Source: an uncultured Chlamydiae bacterium (lineage in GTDB: Bacteria > Chlamydiota > Chlamydiia > Chlamydiales > JAJFMB01). Taken from it: a DNA stretch of 64,000 nt. The stretch lies in NCBI GenBank assembly GCA_963696295.1, contig CAVOJR010000001.1, forward strand, positions 1,920,001-1,984,000. The letters are read 5' to 3'. This document shows, one piece after another, positions 29,603-40,521 of the stretch. Within the stretch, counting starts at the first letter, position 1; each line of letters opens with the position of its first letter. The notes under the pieces were generated by a model, which was given only the letters and a program-made list of their open reading frames with translations, was not told the DNA's origin and did no database searches. Made by a program: the position numbers and the translations under genes.

Positions 29603-32600
29603 ATGACGCCATTAAAAGAGAAAATTTGGGACGTCTGGCAGCAGGATCCTATTGCCGAAAATCCGGAAAGCGCTGTGAAAAAGCGCTGCGTTCCCGCTTT
29701 GTTTCGCGATTATTTGTTCGAGCGCAACTCGCTGGCCGGGCGGGCGACCCTCGCTTTGCGCAAATGGTGCAAAATCGACAACGAAGATAAACGCTGGCAA
29801 GCAATATTTCAAAAAGTTTTTAGCTCGATTAATCAGCAGGACGTGGAGAAATTTCCGGGCAGCAGGGGCTATTATCTCTATCAGCTTTCCCACCCTGAAA
29901 AGCCCCCTTGTCTGCTCCAGCTGGAGAAGCTGTTCGCCCCTTCGGTTTTCGGAGAGGTCTCAAAGGTTTTTTTCTCGGTATATTCTCTTTTGGGGGAAAA
30001 GATAGAGGGGCCGGTAAACGCCGACATTCTCGCTTATCCTCCGGAATTGCTGCCTGCTGAGAGCCTCATCCCCCTGGTGCAGGATGAGCCGCTCAAAGCG
30101 GCTTTAGAGGAGCGGAAAAAGACGGCGAAAATTATTGCGGCTAAGGATGCCGCTGGGTTGAAAGAGCGCGCCAATGAGATAGGTAATCAAATTAGAGGGT
30201 TGAAGGCGGGCGAATCGAAACTCCACTTTGCCAATCTGCCCGGGACTCCTGCCCATTTGACGCTTCCGAAAGCACCGGATGAATGGTCTAATCTGCAAGA
30301 GTTTTTGCTCGAAAACAAAGGGGCGGACAGCCTGGCGCGGGAGATTCTGAAAAAGGCCTCGCCACAGCTTCGCAAAAAGCTGAAACAGCCGGAGGTGGCC
30401 GATGTGATCAGGCTGGCGGTAAAGGTGCTGGAAAAGAACGACTTTGGCTGGCTCAGCCAACCCCTTAACGAGAACATGCCTTTGTGGAAAAGGATTTTAC
30501 TTTCTCCTGCCGAGTGGATCAGGGGGCAGACAGACAAAATAGCCAGGCAAATCAAAGACAGCCTCTTAGACCGGGTCAAGCAGCGGATCGGTCAGGTATT
30601 ATCGCCGCCGCTCCAAAATGAGCTCTACCAACTGATCAGAAGCGAAGGGGATGAGAGTCGATTGCTGGAGGAGAGGATCGGGGCTTTCCTGGCGCAAAAA
30701 CTGGATAGGGCCAAGGGGATGGTGGACAAGGTTTTGCCCGCCATAGCCGAGCAATTGCCGCCGGCTGTGCCTCTGGTGTTAGATCTGTTTGGCAAGGGCA
30801 CCTTGGGCCATCTCGAACAACCTTTTTGGATGGAGTGGAAAAGAGAAGCCAACGGCCTCTTTACCGTTTCCGTTTATATCACCGGGCAGGCCATCCAAAA
30901 CCGGCCGCTAGTGGAGGGAGAGCCGCAGGCGGTGTTGCGTTACACGGGAATTTCTGAAAAGCAGCTGGATGAGGAATTTTTCAACAGGCTTCTTTCCTAC
31001 GAGCTGCCAAAAAAAGAGGTCTCTTATTCTTTTAAAGATGTGGAAGCCGGCCTCTTGAGCTGCTTAGGCGATGTTTCCAAAGGACCCTCCACCAAGAGTC
31101 AAAATGCCCATCTCTCCTATGGTCATTGGGGGATTCTCCTGGAATACGCCCAAAAGAAAAATGGGATGAAGCCGCAAGAGAGCTATTTTTTTGCCAAAAG
31201 AAATGCTTTGATCCAGCTGTGGCAGCAGCCGGACCGCGCAGCGAATAAAAGAGTCTTAGAGGCCAGCGCGCTCGACTTGGCGAGGTTTGCCCTGGAGCTG
31301 AGTGAAAAGGGGCTGCTTAGCGGGCTGGAGCTAAAACACACGTATGCTACTACTCACGAGGTGCTCGCCTCTCTCGCAGCGGTAAAACCGAAAGGCGCGA
31401 ACACTTTCTTCCCTCCCATGCTGATAGAGCCTTTGAAGAATCTCCTGGGGGCGGTGGGATGCACCACGGCAAATCTCTATTTTCTCAAAGAACTGCTCAA
31501 CGATGCCTTGGGCAGCGATGCGGAGAAGAATATCGATGTTGTGCTGAAAACGGTGCAGGAGGAGCTGGGAGAGATAAAAACGAAGCCCATCGTCGCGCTC
31601 CCTAATGAGCCCGCGAAGGGGCTTACCGCTTTAAAAACCGCGCTCGTCGGGCTGCGGATTCTTATCAATCCCATGGCATTTGTCGCGCAAATGGTCTCGC
31701 TCGCGGCAAAAAAAACGTTTTCGTTCCTCTTTCCCGGCGTAGAGCCTCTGTTAAACCGGCTGAAGCGAAAGCTGATAGTCAAAACGATGGCGCTATTTTT
31801 GCCAAAAGCACAGAGGCAGCAGCTTGAGGATGCCATCCTCGCCTTGCGCCAGATGGCCGCTTGCGATAAAGAGCTCAGCTTCACCTGCCATCCGGCCGGG
31901 AGCTGGGAATCTGCGTCTTTGAAGCCTCTATCGTGTACGATCAAGCCCTTGGCCCCGGAGGTCCAGGCGGAGAATGGGCTGGAGTTTTTGCTGGAGGAAA
32001 ACCTGCCTGTGCGGCCGGACAATGTCACGATTTTGCTCAAAATGTGGAAAGGGCAGGCGGATGTTATGGCCCATCACGGAAACCTTTTATTGAACAGCAG
32101 ACTCTCCACGCTCCCTCTTCCCACCGCTGCTTTCTGGAAAGAAATTAAAGATGTGGAGGCCTGTATGGAGGCTCTGGCTGAAGCCGCTATGTCTCTTGCT
32201 GCGTCTAAAGAGAGTCGCAGTCTGGAAACGCAGCATCAGACGGTCATCAATCTCTACACTCTTTATGCGATTATGGAAGTGCTGGCGAAGCGCTCGCCCG
32301 ATGCCGGCCTCAGCGGTTCCCCGCTTGCCAATCCCGTCGGCTTAGCCCATTGGGTCGACCAGCCCAATTTCCGCCTGCTCGACTTAAAGTATGTGGAACG
32401 CCTAAAAGAGCTTCAGGCCTATTTCTTTCCCAATGCCCGGAGTATGGGTTCGATCAATGATTCGAGTTTATTCCCGGAAAGAGAAAATGAATTAATAGAA
32501 ATCCTCCATTGGGATATTGAAGATCGCCGCCGCGGTTATTTGTCTGTTTTATTGCTAAATAAATCGGTACAGGAGAGCCTGGAAAAACTAAATCTTTCTG

Positions 32601-35600
32601 ACGCCCCCGAGATTGAGAAGCTGACCGCATTATACACCAATCCGCCTGTCCCAGGGAAGGAGGGGAAGTATAACAGGATCCTCCCTCAGGCTTTTGCCTC
32701 TTTGAGAATCATGCATCAAATCTGCAATGGCGCGATAAGGAGTTATGATGACAAGATAAAATGGCCGGAGTTTAAAAATGTCTATGATTTCTGCCCTCTG
32801 AATATAGAACAGAGGAATCACCCTCTAAGGCTGCTTCTTAGCGTGTTTTTAGGCGGTTATGGCGGTTCGGATAAGGAAAATTCGATTTTTCGCCAGTTGC
32901 CCCTAGCCTTTACGTTAATGAAGGGGAAAATTTTCAATGTCACTCAACGGATTTATACCTCCCTTTCTCATCATCACTTTTTAGAGGGCATTGCGTTCAA
33001 GAATCATTTGTCTATGAGGGATAAAATCCTCAAAGAGGGGAACAGCCAGGTATCGACTATCAATAAGGAGAGCGATCAGCAAACTAAGTTTGAGAAGATG
33101 ATTCTGGCGGGGGGTAGAGATGAGCCGGTGCGCGTCCTCTCTTACTTTGAGGAAGATCCCGGGGGGTTATTGCTGCCGAAAAACCTTTTGGCGCTGGAAC
33201 ACTCTCTGCTAAGGGAAAATCTTTTGCGGGATCAGCTAAAGGTAAACCCCGAATTTTTAGAGACGGCGGCGCAATTTTTCACACACGCCTTCCAGTGGAT
33301 GGAAAAAAACGGCCATGACTCCCCCCAGCTGAGATACCTGGCGGTTTTAGTGCATCTGGAAGCGGAAACCCTGGGACGCTCTTTTCTTTTAGAGGAGTGG
33401 CTCGAGTCCGTGGCGGATAAGCCCTATTACAAATACCTGATAGCTCTAAAGCACAGCTTAAAGGATCCGAGAAATTGCTCAGAAGGGGTGAGAAAAAAAG
33501 TCGTGGAGGAACTGCTTTCGGTTTGCAGGCTCTCTCCCAAAGGGTTTTATGAGGAAGATTTTGAGGCTACCTTTGAAGAGACGATGGCGAGGTGGAAACC
33601 ATGCATGAAGGAACTGCTCGAAGCGGATTTGCCTTTCAGGCAGGAGCTGCTACCCCGCCTTTGTCAAAGAAACGGGTTTGATATCGGGAATAATATACCC
33701 TGGGGAGGGAATTGGCCTGTTTACTCTGTTGGAGCCTATTCCCTGAACCTGCTGGAAAAAAGCGGCAGGGACGAGGCGAATTATTATAGAGAAGGAATCA
33801 GGAGCTTCATAGAGGAACATTTTTTTGATGAGAAGATCGGTTTAAGCGAGCTAAAGAATGGAGTGTGCCATATCCCGGAACTCAACCTGACCGCCAGGAT
33901 CGATCTGGCCGGGCAGAGACTTAATTTTACCAAGACCTTTGAAGGAGAGGAGTTTCAATGGGTATCCCGAACGGGAGTTGAGAAGGAAACGCGAGTCAGC
34001 TATTGGCGCTCTGAGAAAGGGCGCTTGTTGAAAATGAAAAACGGGCAAGTGGTCAAGGTGTATCAGGTTAACGAAAATGAGTCTCTGAGCCCTTCTAGCG
34101 CGCCTTTATCCTGGTTAAAAGAAGAGACGCTTTGGAATGGAGAGTGGCTGGAAAAGATTGCGCTGCCTCCGCTGCTCGTGGCGTTAGGCAGGTTTCAGCC
34201 TCTGCATACTATTCAGTGCTTTACCTCAAGGCAGGAACCGGGACAGGTTAAGCTGCTCCAATTTGATTCTTTGAATTTGCAGTTTGAAGTGAAGAAAAAG
34301 GGCGGAAGCGCGGAAAGCGTGGGGAAATTTCCCGGCTTTTTCATTGCCCCTGCCCAACGGTTAGAGCCCCTTAACGCCTATGGCAGCTATCTTCTGCTGC
34401 AAAACAGCCAGCTGGAGAAAAAGGTAATATTGCCCACGGACGGCATTTATGCCGCCCTTTTAAATGGTTTTGTCAAACGGTTTCAGCTGGGAGAGGCCTC
34501 ATGTTTTCAGCTTCTGGAAACCATCTCTTGCGAGGAAAGCGGGAAGTATTTCGATTATTCCCTGGACGAGCAAGGGCGTTTGATCAGCTCCAATCCCGCC
34601 GCAATCGCCCATCTTTTCCTCTATCATCTGGCGAAGTGGAATGTGGCGGAGATGAAATTCTATCTCAAAATCCTCGAGGGAATGGGAAAGCGGGAACAGC
34701 TGCCTCAAAACTTGTTCTTGGGAGCGGCTCTGCTGCATCTTGCGGCTGCGGTTTCAGGGGATCAGGAGCTGCTGATGGCCGCTTTAAGATTGACAGCGCT
34801 TTTAAACGAATCCGGCGCCCTGCACCCGGTCAAAAGAGAGAGAGATGCTTCTATAAATCTTCTCTCATTCCTGGTCATCCAGGATAATTACAGCAAATAT
34901 TTAGATAAGCGAAAATATATATTCCCCCCCATAACCCCTTTTCAAGAGATGTCGGTCATCCGGCATATTATTGAGGAGAGAGATCGGTTTTGCGCGGAGA
35001 TCAGTGAGGATTCATTTATTCTGGACAAAGTAAAAGAGAGTATCCTCTTACCCAAAGTGAGAAAAAGATGCCAGGAAATTGCCGGCCGTTATGCCCCAAA
35101 GCTCGCTTTAGATGATTTTTGGACGAGATTGTTGCTGGAGTTTAGCGACTCTACTGTGGGAATACCGGATCTGAACCAGGTAGCCGCGTCTCAAGGGCCC
35201 AAGCTTGCGACGGCGTTGTTCGAGAACTGGAATTTCTTTGAGGAGGCAAAGCGTATTTCTTGCATGGATTTGGATATGGGGGGGGTTATCCCTTTTGACA
35301 TGCTCCCTACAGAATACAATACAGTGGATCCCTCCGATATTCACAACCATTTCCTCTCGTATTACCATTTAGTCTGCCAAACCCCGCCCAAGGATCCAAA
35401 ATATAGGGACTTTCATAAAAAGAAAATTGAGCAGTTGCGGCGCACGCTGACCTTAATGAAGGGAAGCTACCGCGATAAAAAAGTGGGGGTTTCTATAAGG
35501 CTGCTGCTGAACCTTCTGAACAGCCCTCACCGTTTTACCTTTCCGTCAGCGGAAAATTTGCGGCTGGACTTAAAAAACCGGACAAAAATGGTTGATAGTC

Positions 35601-38600
35601 CCATGATGCTGAATGTGATCAGGCAATGCGCCCTGGACGATCTGGCCTTAAAAGCAGCCAAAGAAGGGATAAAGTACGCAGAAGGCGCCTTTGACGCTTA
35701 TATCTTCCAATCGGCAATTTCCGACATCGGTATCCGCCCCTTTTATTTATGGGCCGGGACGTTCGGCTGGAAGGGGTGGCGGGCCTGGCAAAAGGCGAAC
35801 CAAACCACCGGGAAAGAGGACAGGCGGCTCCAGTCAAATCAACTTCTTCCGCCGCTTTTAAGCGCCGAATACAGAAAGCTCGACGCCAAAATCGAACAAT
35901 CGCTTGCCCAATTGGTAAAATTGACATTTACCGAGAGCCCTCCCACTCCTCCCAAACCTCTCGAGGCATTGACGACCGGGGATCCGGTGGCAGAGCCCTT
36001 TTTTCAAAAAATCAACCAGAGCGCGGATGATTACGCCGCCCGCCCCCTAAAGCCGGGCTATAAATTAAAATCGGGCTTTAACCTCTATCCTCTGCAGAGC
36101 CATTTGGAGAAGGCGTCTGCCGACATAGCGGTGATGCTCAATCAGGAGAAAGCAGGCCTTTTAAAACAGCTGGAGGGGGTTTTCTACGCGGTAAAACCCG
36201 ACGTTAAAAAGGCCCTGTTGAGGCTCTTCGACGCTCCGATCGATTTCGACACCTTGTTGGAGTGCTTTTTAAAAGATGACCGGCAGCAGTTAAAAGAGCG
36301 CTGGAACTTAAGCGAGGAAGAGATCGGGACTTTAAACCAGAAGCTCTATCGCTATCTCATTTTAGCGACGCGAGAGCAGCAACTCAGCAAGTGTCTGAAG
36401 ATGGTGGTCAAATTACACAAAATGCCAAAAAATAGCGTCCGCTTTGAGCAGAGCGCGTCGCTCCTCGCAGAAGAGCTTTGCCGGGAAAGGGCTTATGGGT
36501 TTGACACGATGCCGGAGAGGCTGGTGCGGGGTCATTTGCTTTTTGAATTTAAGCATGAGAGCCTGCTTTGGAAAAATCAGGTGGAGAAAATTTGCGGGAT
36601 GCTGAAGAGCGGCCATATCCGCTCTTTTGTCGAGCTGATTATGGGCAGCGGCAAAACCTACTACGGCATCCCCATTACCGATCTCTTTAGCGCCGACGGG
36701 GGAACTGTCCCGATAAACATCTGGCCTGCGGCGATGAAAAGGACCAATATAAACCAGATTGCCCCTCAAGCGGACCATTTTTCCCAGGATGCCTACGCCT
36801 TTTCCTTTTCCAGAAACGAGCCTTTAACCCCGCAGATACTGCAAGGGAGGCTGCTCGCCCTGATTAAGGCGATTCGGGAAGGGGGGCAGATCAATATGAG
36901 CAAAGAGGAGGCGCAATCCTTAGAACTGATCTGGCTGGAATATGTGCATAAGCAGAAAAACAGGCCGGAAGCCCTGCAGGAGGAGTGCCTCGACCTTTTA
37001 ACGGAGCTGGTGGGCTTGATCCGCTTCCAGGGTAAAGCAGTCATCGACGAGGCGCATGAGATCTTCAGGCGCGACCAGATCCTCAACCACCCCATCGGCG
37101 GGAAAAAATCGATGCCCAAGGGGGACATCAATGTGATCGAGGAGTTTGCCCGGGGGCTGCTTGCGGTAAAGGATTTTGATGTGCGCGATAATCAGAGAAC
37201 CTGGCAGCCAAGCGTTTATTGGGAAAAGGCAAGGCCGCTCCTGGCGGAAAAATTCTGCAGGTACAAACTCTTTGAGATACCCTTTGAGGAGCGTATCCTA
37301 TTCAAAGAATTTCTTATGCAAAAGCCCGGCCCAATCCCTGAGCTTATCCTCAAACACCCCAAATATAGAGAACTCAGTTTGGCGCGCGGCTTGATAAACA
37401 CCATCGCCCCGCAAGCGCTGAAAGGGATTGTCTCGGTCAATTACGGCCCCTCGCAAAACAATAAAGGCAAGTTTGCGAGGCCCTATCAAGGCAACCAAAA
37501 TCCAAAAGAGCAGGCGACCATTCAAAACCCTTATGAAGCGTGCCTGAAAACGTTTCTGCAGCAGATCACAAAGCCTTTCAGCGAAGAGGATGCCGCCGAA
37601 CTGATCGATTTGATGAAGGCCCAGGCCCATAAAGAGAAGGAAGATTTTGGCCGTCCGATCAGCCAAACGGCCGCCGGCAAGCAATTTGCCGAGTGGTGCC
37701 GGGGATATTCCCTGGAAAACTGCCCCATTGCCGAAGCGGCTAAACGGCTCAACGAGCAGCCCGAGGCCATCCTGCGGCATGCCGCTTACTTCATTGCTCC
37801 CACCATCCACTTTTTCGACAGATTTTTCAGCAGCAACTCCCATAACTTCGCCTCGATGTTTCCCACGTTTTTCTCCGGAACGGGAACCCCGTCGAACGCC
37901 GAGAGCTTTCCGGCCGGCACAAAACCGATTTTGGATGAGGGCACGGTCGGGGAATCGATCGATTGGCTCCGCAGGAATTGCCGCGATTCCATCGTTGAGA
38001 TTGCTTCAACCAAGCCCCTTGAGGCAGCCCGCGATATTTTAAAGCTTTTTACCGATAAGACTAAAGCGATCATCGATTGCGGGGCGCTTTTTAGAGGGGT
38101 GGACAATAAAACCATCGCGGAAATGAAGCTGCCTAAATTTCCGGGGGTCGCCTTCTTTGATAAAGAACTGGTTGTGCTGGATGGACCCTCCAAGCCGAAA
38201 CCGATCGGCGAGAGCAAGATAAGCGAAGAGGAGCGGGGCGCCTTTTTTGACGACTCCCACACCCAGGCGGCGAATATTCCGCTCGATTTGGAAGCGGAAG
38301 GGATACTCACAGTAGGGGAAAACATCACTTTGACCCGCCTGACACAAGGCATGTGGCGGCTGCGCGGCTTGAAGAAAGGGAAACAGACGATCCGCATCGT
38401 CTTAAACAGCAATGTGCGGCGCATGATTTCCGGCGACTCAAAGCCATCGATTGAGCAGATCATCAAATTTGCGGCCGAAAATGAAGCCAGAACGTTGTCC
38501 GATGACGCTTATTTTGCCGATCATCAAAAAATCGGAAATATTTTGCGGCGCGCCGTTCTCGATAAAATGCTGGCTGCCGGAAGCTCCTCTGAGATGCTTA

Positions 38601-39631
38601 GACTGTTCGGCGCGTTTGAAGCTGTGCTTTTAAACCGCCTGGAAGTAAACCCTGTTCTCCTTTACGGGCAACCGGTCGACAGCAGCAAAGGGCCTGCCGA
38701 TCTGCTGAGAGAATTAAAAGAGCAGTGTCTGGAGGAGGCGCGAAACAGCGGCTGCTTTAGCGGAAAAGAGGTGGAAGGGCTGGAAAAAGAGTATCAAAGC
38801 TTATTCGAGGAAATAGCGACACGCGTTTACCCCAAGACAAACCCGCAGCTTCGCGAGGGTTTGGGGCTGGAACAGATCGAAACAGAGATGAGCGAGAATC
38901 AAACCGAGAGGACGGAGACTCAGGAGCTGAACCTCAACCAGGCCATGATCGCAAGAGAGGAAAATGCCCCGGACCTTTTGGAAAGCAAACCGTGGGATTT
39001 GACGAGGGATTATTTCAAAAACCTCGACTGGCTTAAAAAATCGCCGGCTTTAGGCAAGCATCCGAATTTCTACAGCCTGAGCGAGGTGCTTGGGGGGGCG
39101 GCCATACCCAATTTGGCCAAGCTCAATGAGGCCTTTAACGGCCCGATCTGGTGCTCTGAGAATTTTATAGGCAATGTGGGCAAATCCCTGGCGGTCCCTT
39201 TTGGGCCGAAGCAAAAGCCGCTCTTGGAAGTGTTGGTTATCCAGTCGGAAAAAGGGCATTCGATCGTGCTTTTAGACCAGGCGGACGCCGACCAGTGGCG
39301 CACGATCTTGAGCCGGGAGAAAAGTCCCTCGAATATCAAAATCTGCCTGGTCGATCTTGGCTTAAACCGCGTGGTAGGCCCCGGCCCCGTCACCAGCCGC
39401 GACTTGGGTCCGTCGATCCAGCGCGATTTGACCCGCCTCAAATTTTTGCAGGGAAGCGTGCAGTATACTCACAAACAGCTCGAATTTCTCAAGGGGTGGA
39501 TCAAAAAATTTGGGGCCTTTGCCATGCATACCCTTTATAACGAGCTGCATGCCAGATTTGGCTGGGCAAATAAGAGGGGCACGGCCGTCGAACAGCAATT
39601 TATAGAATTGGAAATAGAGGAAAAAAAATAA
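29603..39631 (+). CDS. Giant DUF3638-type SF2 ATPase protein (paralog of 7777-15945)
   Basis: 3342 aa; LIMGSGKT, IDEAH, SGTGT, DSHTQAANI, QGMWRLRG; shares YLLL.N....KV.LP and KFL.G...Y blocks with the paralog. Confidence 0.8.
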   Translation: MTPLKEKIWDVWQQDPIAENPESAVKKRCVPALFRDYLFERNSLAGRATLALRKWCKIDNEDKRWQAIFQKVFSSINQQDVEKFPGSRGYYLYQLSHPEKPPCLLQLEKLFAPSVFGEVSKVFFSVYSLLGEKIEGPVNADILAYPPELLPAESLIPLVQDEPLKAALEERKKTAKIIAAKDAAGLKERANEIGNQIRGLKAGESKLHFANLPGTPAHLTLPKAPDEWSNLQEFLLENKGADSLAREILKKASPQLRKKLKQPEVADVIRLAVKVLEKNDFGWLSQPLNENMPLWKRILLSPAEWIRGQTDKIARQIKDSLLDRVKQRIGQVLSPPLQNELYQLIRSEGDESRLLEERIGAFLAQKLDRAKGMVDKVLPAIAEQLPPAVPLVLDLFGKGTLGHLEQPFWMEWKREANGLFTVSVYITGQAIQNRPLVEGEPQAVLRYTGISEKQLDEEFFNRLLSYELPKKEVSYSFKDVEAGLLSCLGDVSKGPSTKSQNAHLSYGHWGILLEYAQKKNGMKPQESYFFAKRNALIQLWQQPDRAANKRVLEASALDLARFALELSEKGLLSGLELKHTYATTHEVLASLAAVKPKGANTFFPPMLIEPLKNLLGAVGCTTANLYFLKELLNDALGSDAEKNIDVVLKTVQEELGEIKTKPIVALPNEPAKGLTALKTALVGLRILINPMAFVAQMVSLAAKKTFSFLFPGVEPLLNRLKRKLIVKTMALFLPKAQRQQLEDAILALRQMAACDKELSFTCHPAGSWESASLKPLSCTIKPLAPEVQAENGLEFLLEENLPVRPDNVTILLKMWKGQADVMAHHGNLLLNSRLSTLPLPTAAFWKEIKDVEACMEALAEAAMSLAASKESRSLETQHQTVINLYTLYAIMEVLAKRSPDAGLSGSPLANPVGLAHWVDQPNFRLLDLKYVERLKELQAYFFPNARSMGSINDSSLFPERENELIEILHWDIEDRRRGYLSVLLLNKSVQESLEKLNLSDAPEIEKLTALYTNPPVPGKEGKYNRILPQAFASLRIMHQICNGAIRSYDDKIKWPEFKNVYDFCPLNIEQRNHPLRLLLSVFLGGYGGSDKENSIFRQLPLAFTLMKGKIFNVTQRIYTSLSHHHFLEGIAFKNHLSMRDKILKEGNSQVSTINKESDQQTKFEKMILAGGRDEPVRVLSYFEEDPGGLLLPKNLLALEHSLLRENLLRDQLKVNPEFLETAAQFFTHAFQWMEKNGHDSPQLRYLAVLVHLEAETLGRSFLLEEWLESVADKPYYKYLIALKHSLKDPRNCSEGVRKKVVEELLSVCRLSPKGFYEEDFEATFEETMARWKPCMKELLEADLPFRQELLPRLCQRNGFDIGNNIPWGGNWPVYSVGAYSLNLLEKSGRDEANYYREGIRSFIEEHFFDEKIGLSELKNGVCHIPELNLTARIDLAGQRLNFTKTFEGEEFQWVSRTGVEKETRVSYWRSEKGRLLKMKNGQVVKVYQVNENESLSPSSAPLSWLKEETLWNGEWLEKIALPPLLVALGRFQPLHTIQCFTSRQEPGQVKLLQFDSLNLQFEVKKKGGSAESVGKFPGFFIAPAQRLEPLNAYGSYLLLQNSQLEKKVILPTDGIYAALLNGFVKRFQLGEASCFQLLETISCEESGKYFDYSLDEQGRLISSNPAAIAHLFLYHLAKWNVAEMKFYLKILEGMGKREQLPQNLFLGAALLHLAAAVSGDQELLMAALRLTALLNESGALHPVKRERDASINLLSFLVIQDNYSKYLDKRKYIFPPITPFQEMSVIRHIIEERDRFCAEISEDSFILDKVKESILLPKVRKRCQEIAGRYAPKLALDDFWTRLLLEFSDSTVGIPDLNQVAASQGPKLATALFENWNFFEEAKRISCMDLDMGGVIPFDMLPTEYNTVDPSDIHNHFLSYYHLVCQTPPKDPKYRDFHKKKIEQLRRTLTLMKGSYRDKKVGVSIRLLLNLLNSPHRFTFPSAENLRLDLKNRTKMVDSPMMLNVIRQCALDDLALKAAKEGIKYAEGAFDAYIFQSAISDIGIRPFYLWAGTFGWKGWRAWQKANQTTGKEDRRLQSNQLLPPLLSAEYRKLDAKIEQSLAQLVKLTFTESPPTPPKPLEALTTGDPVAEPFFQKINQSADDYAARPLKPGYKLKSGFNLYPLQSHLEKASADIAVMLNQEKAGLLKQLEGVFYAVKPDVKKALLRLFDAPIDFDTLLECFLKDDRQQLKERWNLSEEEIGTLNQKLYRYLILATREQQLSKCLKMVVKLHKMPKNSVRFEQSASLLAEELCRERAYGFDTMPERLVRGHLLFEFKHESLLWKNQVEKICGMLKSGHIRSFVELIMGSGKTYYGIPITDLFSADGGTVPINIWPAAMKRTNINQIAPQADHFSQDAYAFSFSRNEPLTPQILQGRLLALIKAIREGGQINMSKEEAQSLELIWLEYVHKQKNRPEALQEECLDLLTELVGLIRFQGKAVIDEAHEIFRRDQILNHPIGGKKSMPKGDINVIEEFARGLLAVKDFDVRDNQRTWQPSVYWEKARPLLAEKFCRYKLFEIPFEERILFKEFLMQKPGPIPELILKHPKYRELSLARGLINTIAPQALKGIVSVNYGPSQNNKGKFARPYQGNQNPKEQATIQNPYEACLKTFLQQITKPFSEEDAAELIDLMKAQAHKEKEDFGRPISQTAAGKQFAEWCRGYSLENCPIAEAAKRLNEQPEAILRHAAYFIAPTIHFFDRFFSSNSHNFASMFPTFFSGTGTPSNAESFPAGTKPILDEGTVGESIDWLRRNCRDSIVEIASTKPLEAARDILKLFTDKTKAIIDCGALFRGVDNKTIAEMKLPKFPGVAFFDKELVVLDGPSKPKPIGESKISEEERGAFFDDSHTQAANIPLDLEAEGILTVGENITLTRLTQGMWRLRGLKKGKQTIRIVLNSNVRRMISGDSKPSIEQIIKFAAENEARTLSDDAYFADHQKIGNILRRAVLDKMLAAGSSSEMLRLFGAFEAVLLNRLEVNPVLLYGQPVDSSKGPADLLRELKEQCLEEARNSGCFSGKEVEGLEKEYQSLFEEIATRVYPKTNPQLREGLGLEQIETEMSENQTERTETQELNLNQAMIAREENAPDLLESKPWDLTRDYFKNLDWLKKSPALGKHPNFYSLSEVLGGAAIPNLAKLNEAFNGPIWCSENFIGNVGKSLAVPFGPKQKPLLEVLVIQSEKGHSIVLLDQADADQWRTILSREKSPSNIKICLVDLGLNRVVGPGPVTSRDLGPSIQRDLTRLKFLQGSVQYTHKQLEFLKGWIKKFGAFAMHTLYNELHARFGWANKRGTAVEQQFIELEIEEKK

Positions 39632-39689
39632 TTTTATAAAATCTTAATATTTTTATGTTACAATGCAATTTAAATTTAAGGAGAACTCT

Positions 39690-40427
39690 ATGACTTCAAT
39701 TACTACTGATGCTTCATCTTCACCGGAGAGCAAACCTTCCGAAGTGAAAAAAGAGGAGAAAAAAGTCTGGGAAGGGAGAACGGTCGCCGCCTTTATCCTG
39801 GTAGGGGCTGTGACAATCGTCGCTTTGACCGTCCTTTATGAAATCGGCCTGATTTGCTATGAAACGGCGCATGATAAATGGAGCAGACTCGATTACGTTT
39901 CTTTAGAGAAAGCCGCCAGGGAGAAATATTCCGACGCCATCGTCAATATCGTGAAAAAATTTGATAAAATCGACCAGAACCGGGTGATAAAGCGTTTGGC
40001 CTTAAGTCATGATGACGAGAAGAATTTAATTTTGCACCTGGAAGAAAATTATGAAATCAGCAAAGAACAGCTGCAGGAGATCCTCCTCGGCGCCCATGTC
40101 TTGCTGGATGATGAAGGGGAGGCCTACGGGAAGTGGTCTACAGAGCTTTCGCAGGCGAAAGAGGGGATCTCCTCCCATCCTTCCAATGGCAAGCAGTATC
40201 GCGTCCAGGGAGAGCTGATCAAAGAGCTGCTCTTCAGCAAAAGGGAAATGGATAATAAAGTCTACACCTGGTTCCAGCTGGAAAACCACCCGGTCAGCAT
40301 CGGCCATATCTTTCGCCATGCGGTGGATTACTTAAGCTACAAAATAGACGGCCAGAACAGGGGTCCGGACGGCAGCTCCTCCCACACCGACAAAAAGCCC
40401 CTTCAACTTAAGAAGAAGGGTGGCTGA
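39690..40427 (+). CDS. Hypothetical membrane-anchored protein
   Basis: Ser/Thr-rich start after AGGAG, one TM helix, globular C-terminal domain with SSH and TWFQLE. Confidence 0.65.
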   Translation: MTSITTDASSSPESKPSEVKKEEKKVWEGRTVAAFILVGAVTIVALTVLYEIGLICYETAHDKWSRLDYVSLEKAAREKYSDAIVNIVKKFDKIDQNRVIKRLALSHDDEKNLILHLEENYEISKEQLQEILLGAHVLLDDEGEAYGKWSTELSQAKEGISSHPSNGKQYRVQGELIKELLFSKREMDNKVYTWFQLENHPVSIGHIFRHAVDYLSYKIDGQNRGPDGSSSHTDKKPLQLKKKGG

Positions 40428-40521
40428 AGTCCTCAAAAACTGAACCTTGAGCAGCGAACTGATTTTTTTTTTGCAGGGTTTCTCCTAAAGTGCCAAGGAG
40501 AATCAAACATCGCCTCTTATT

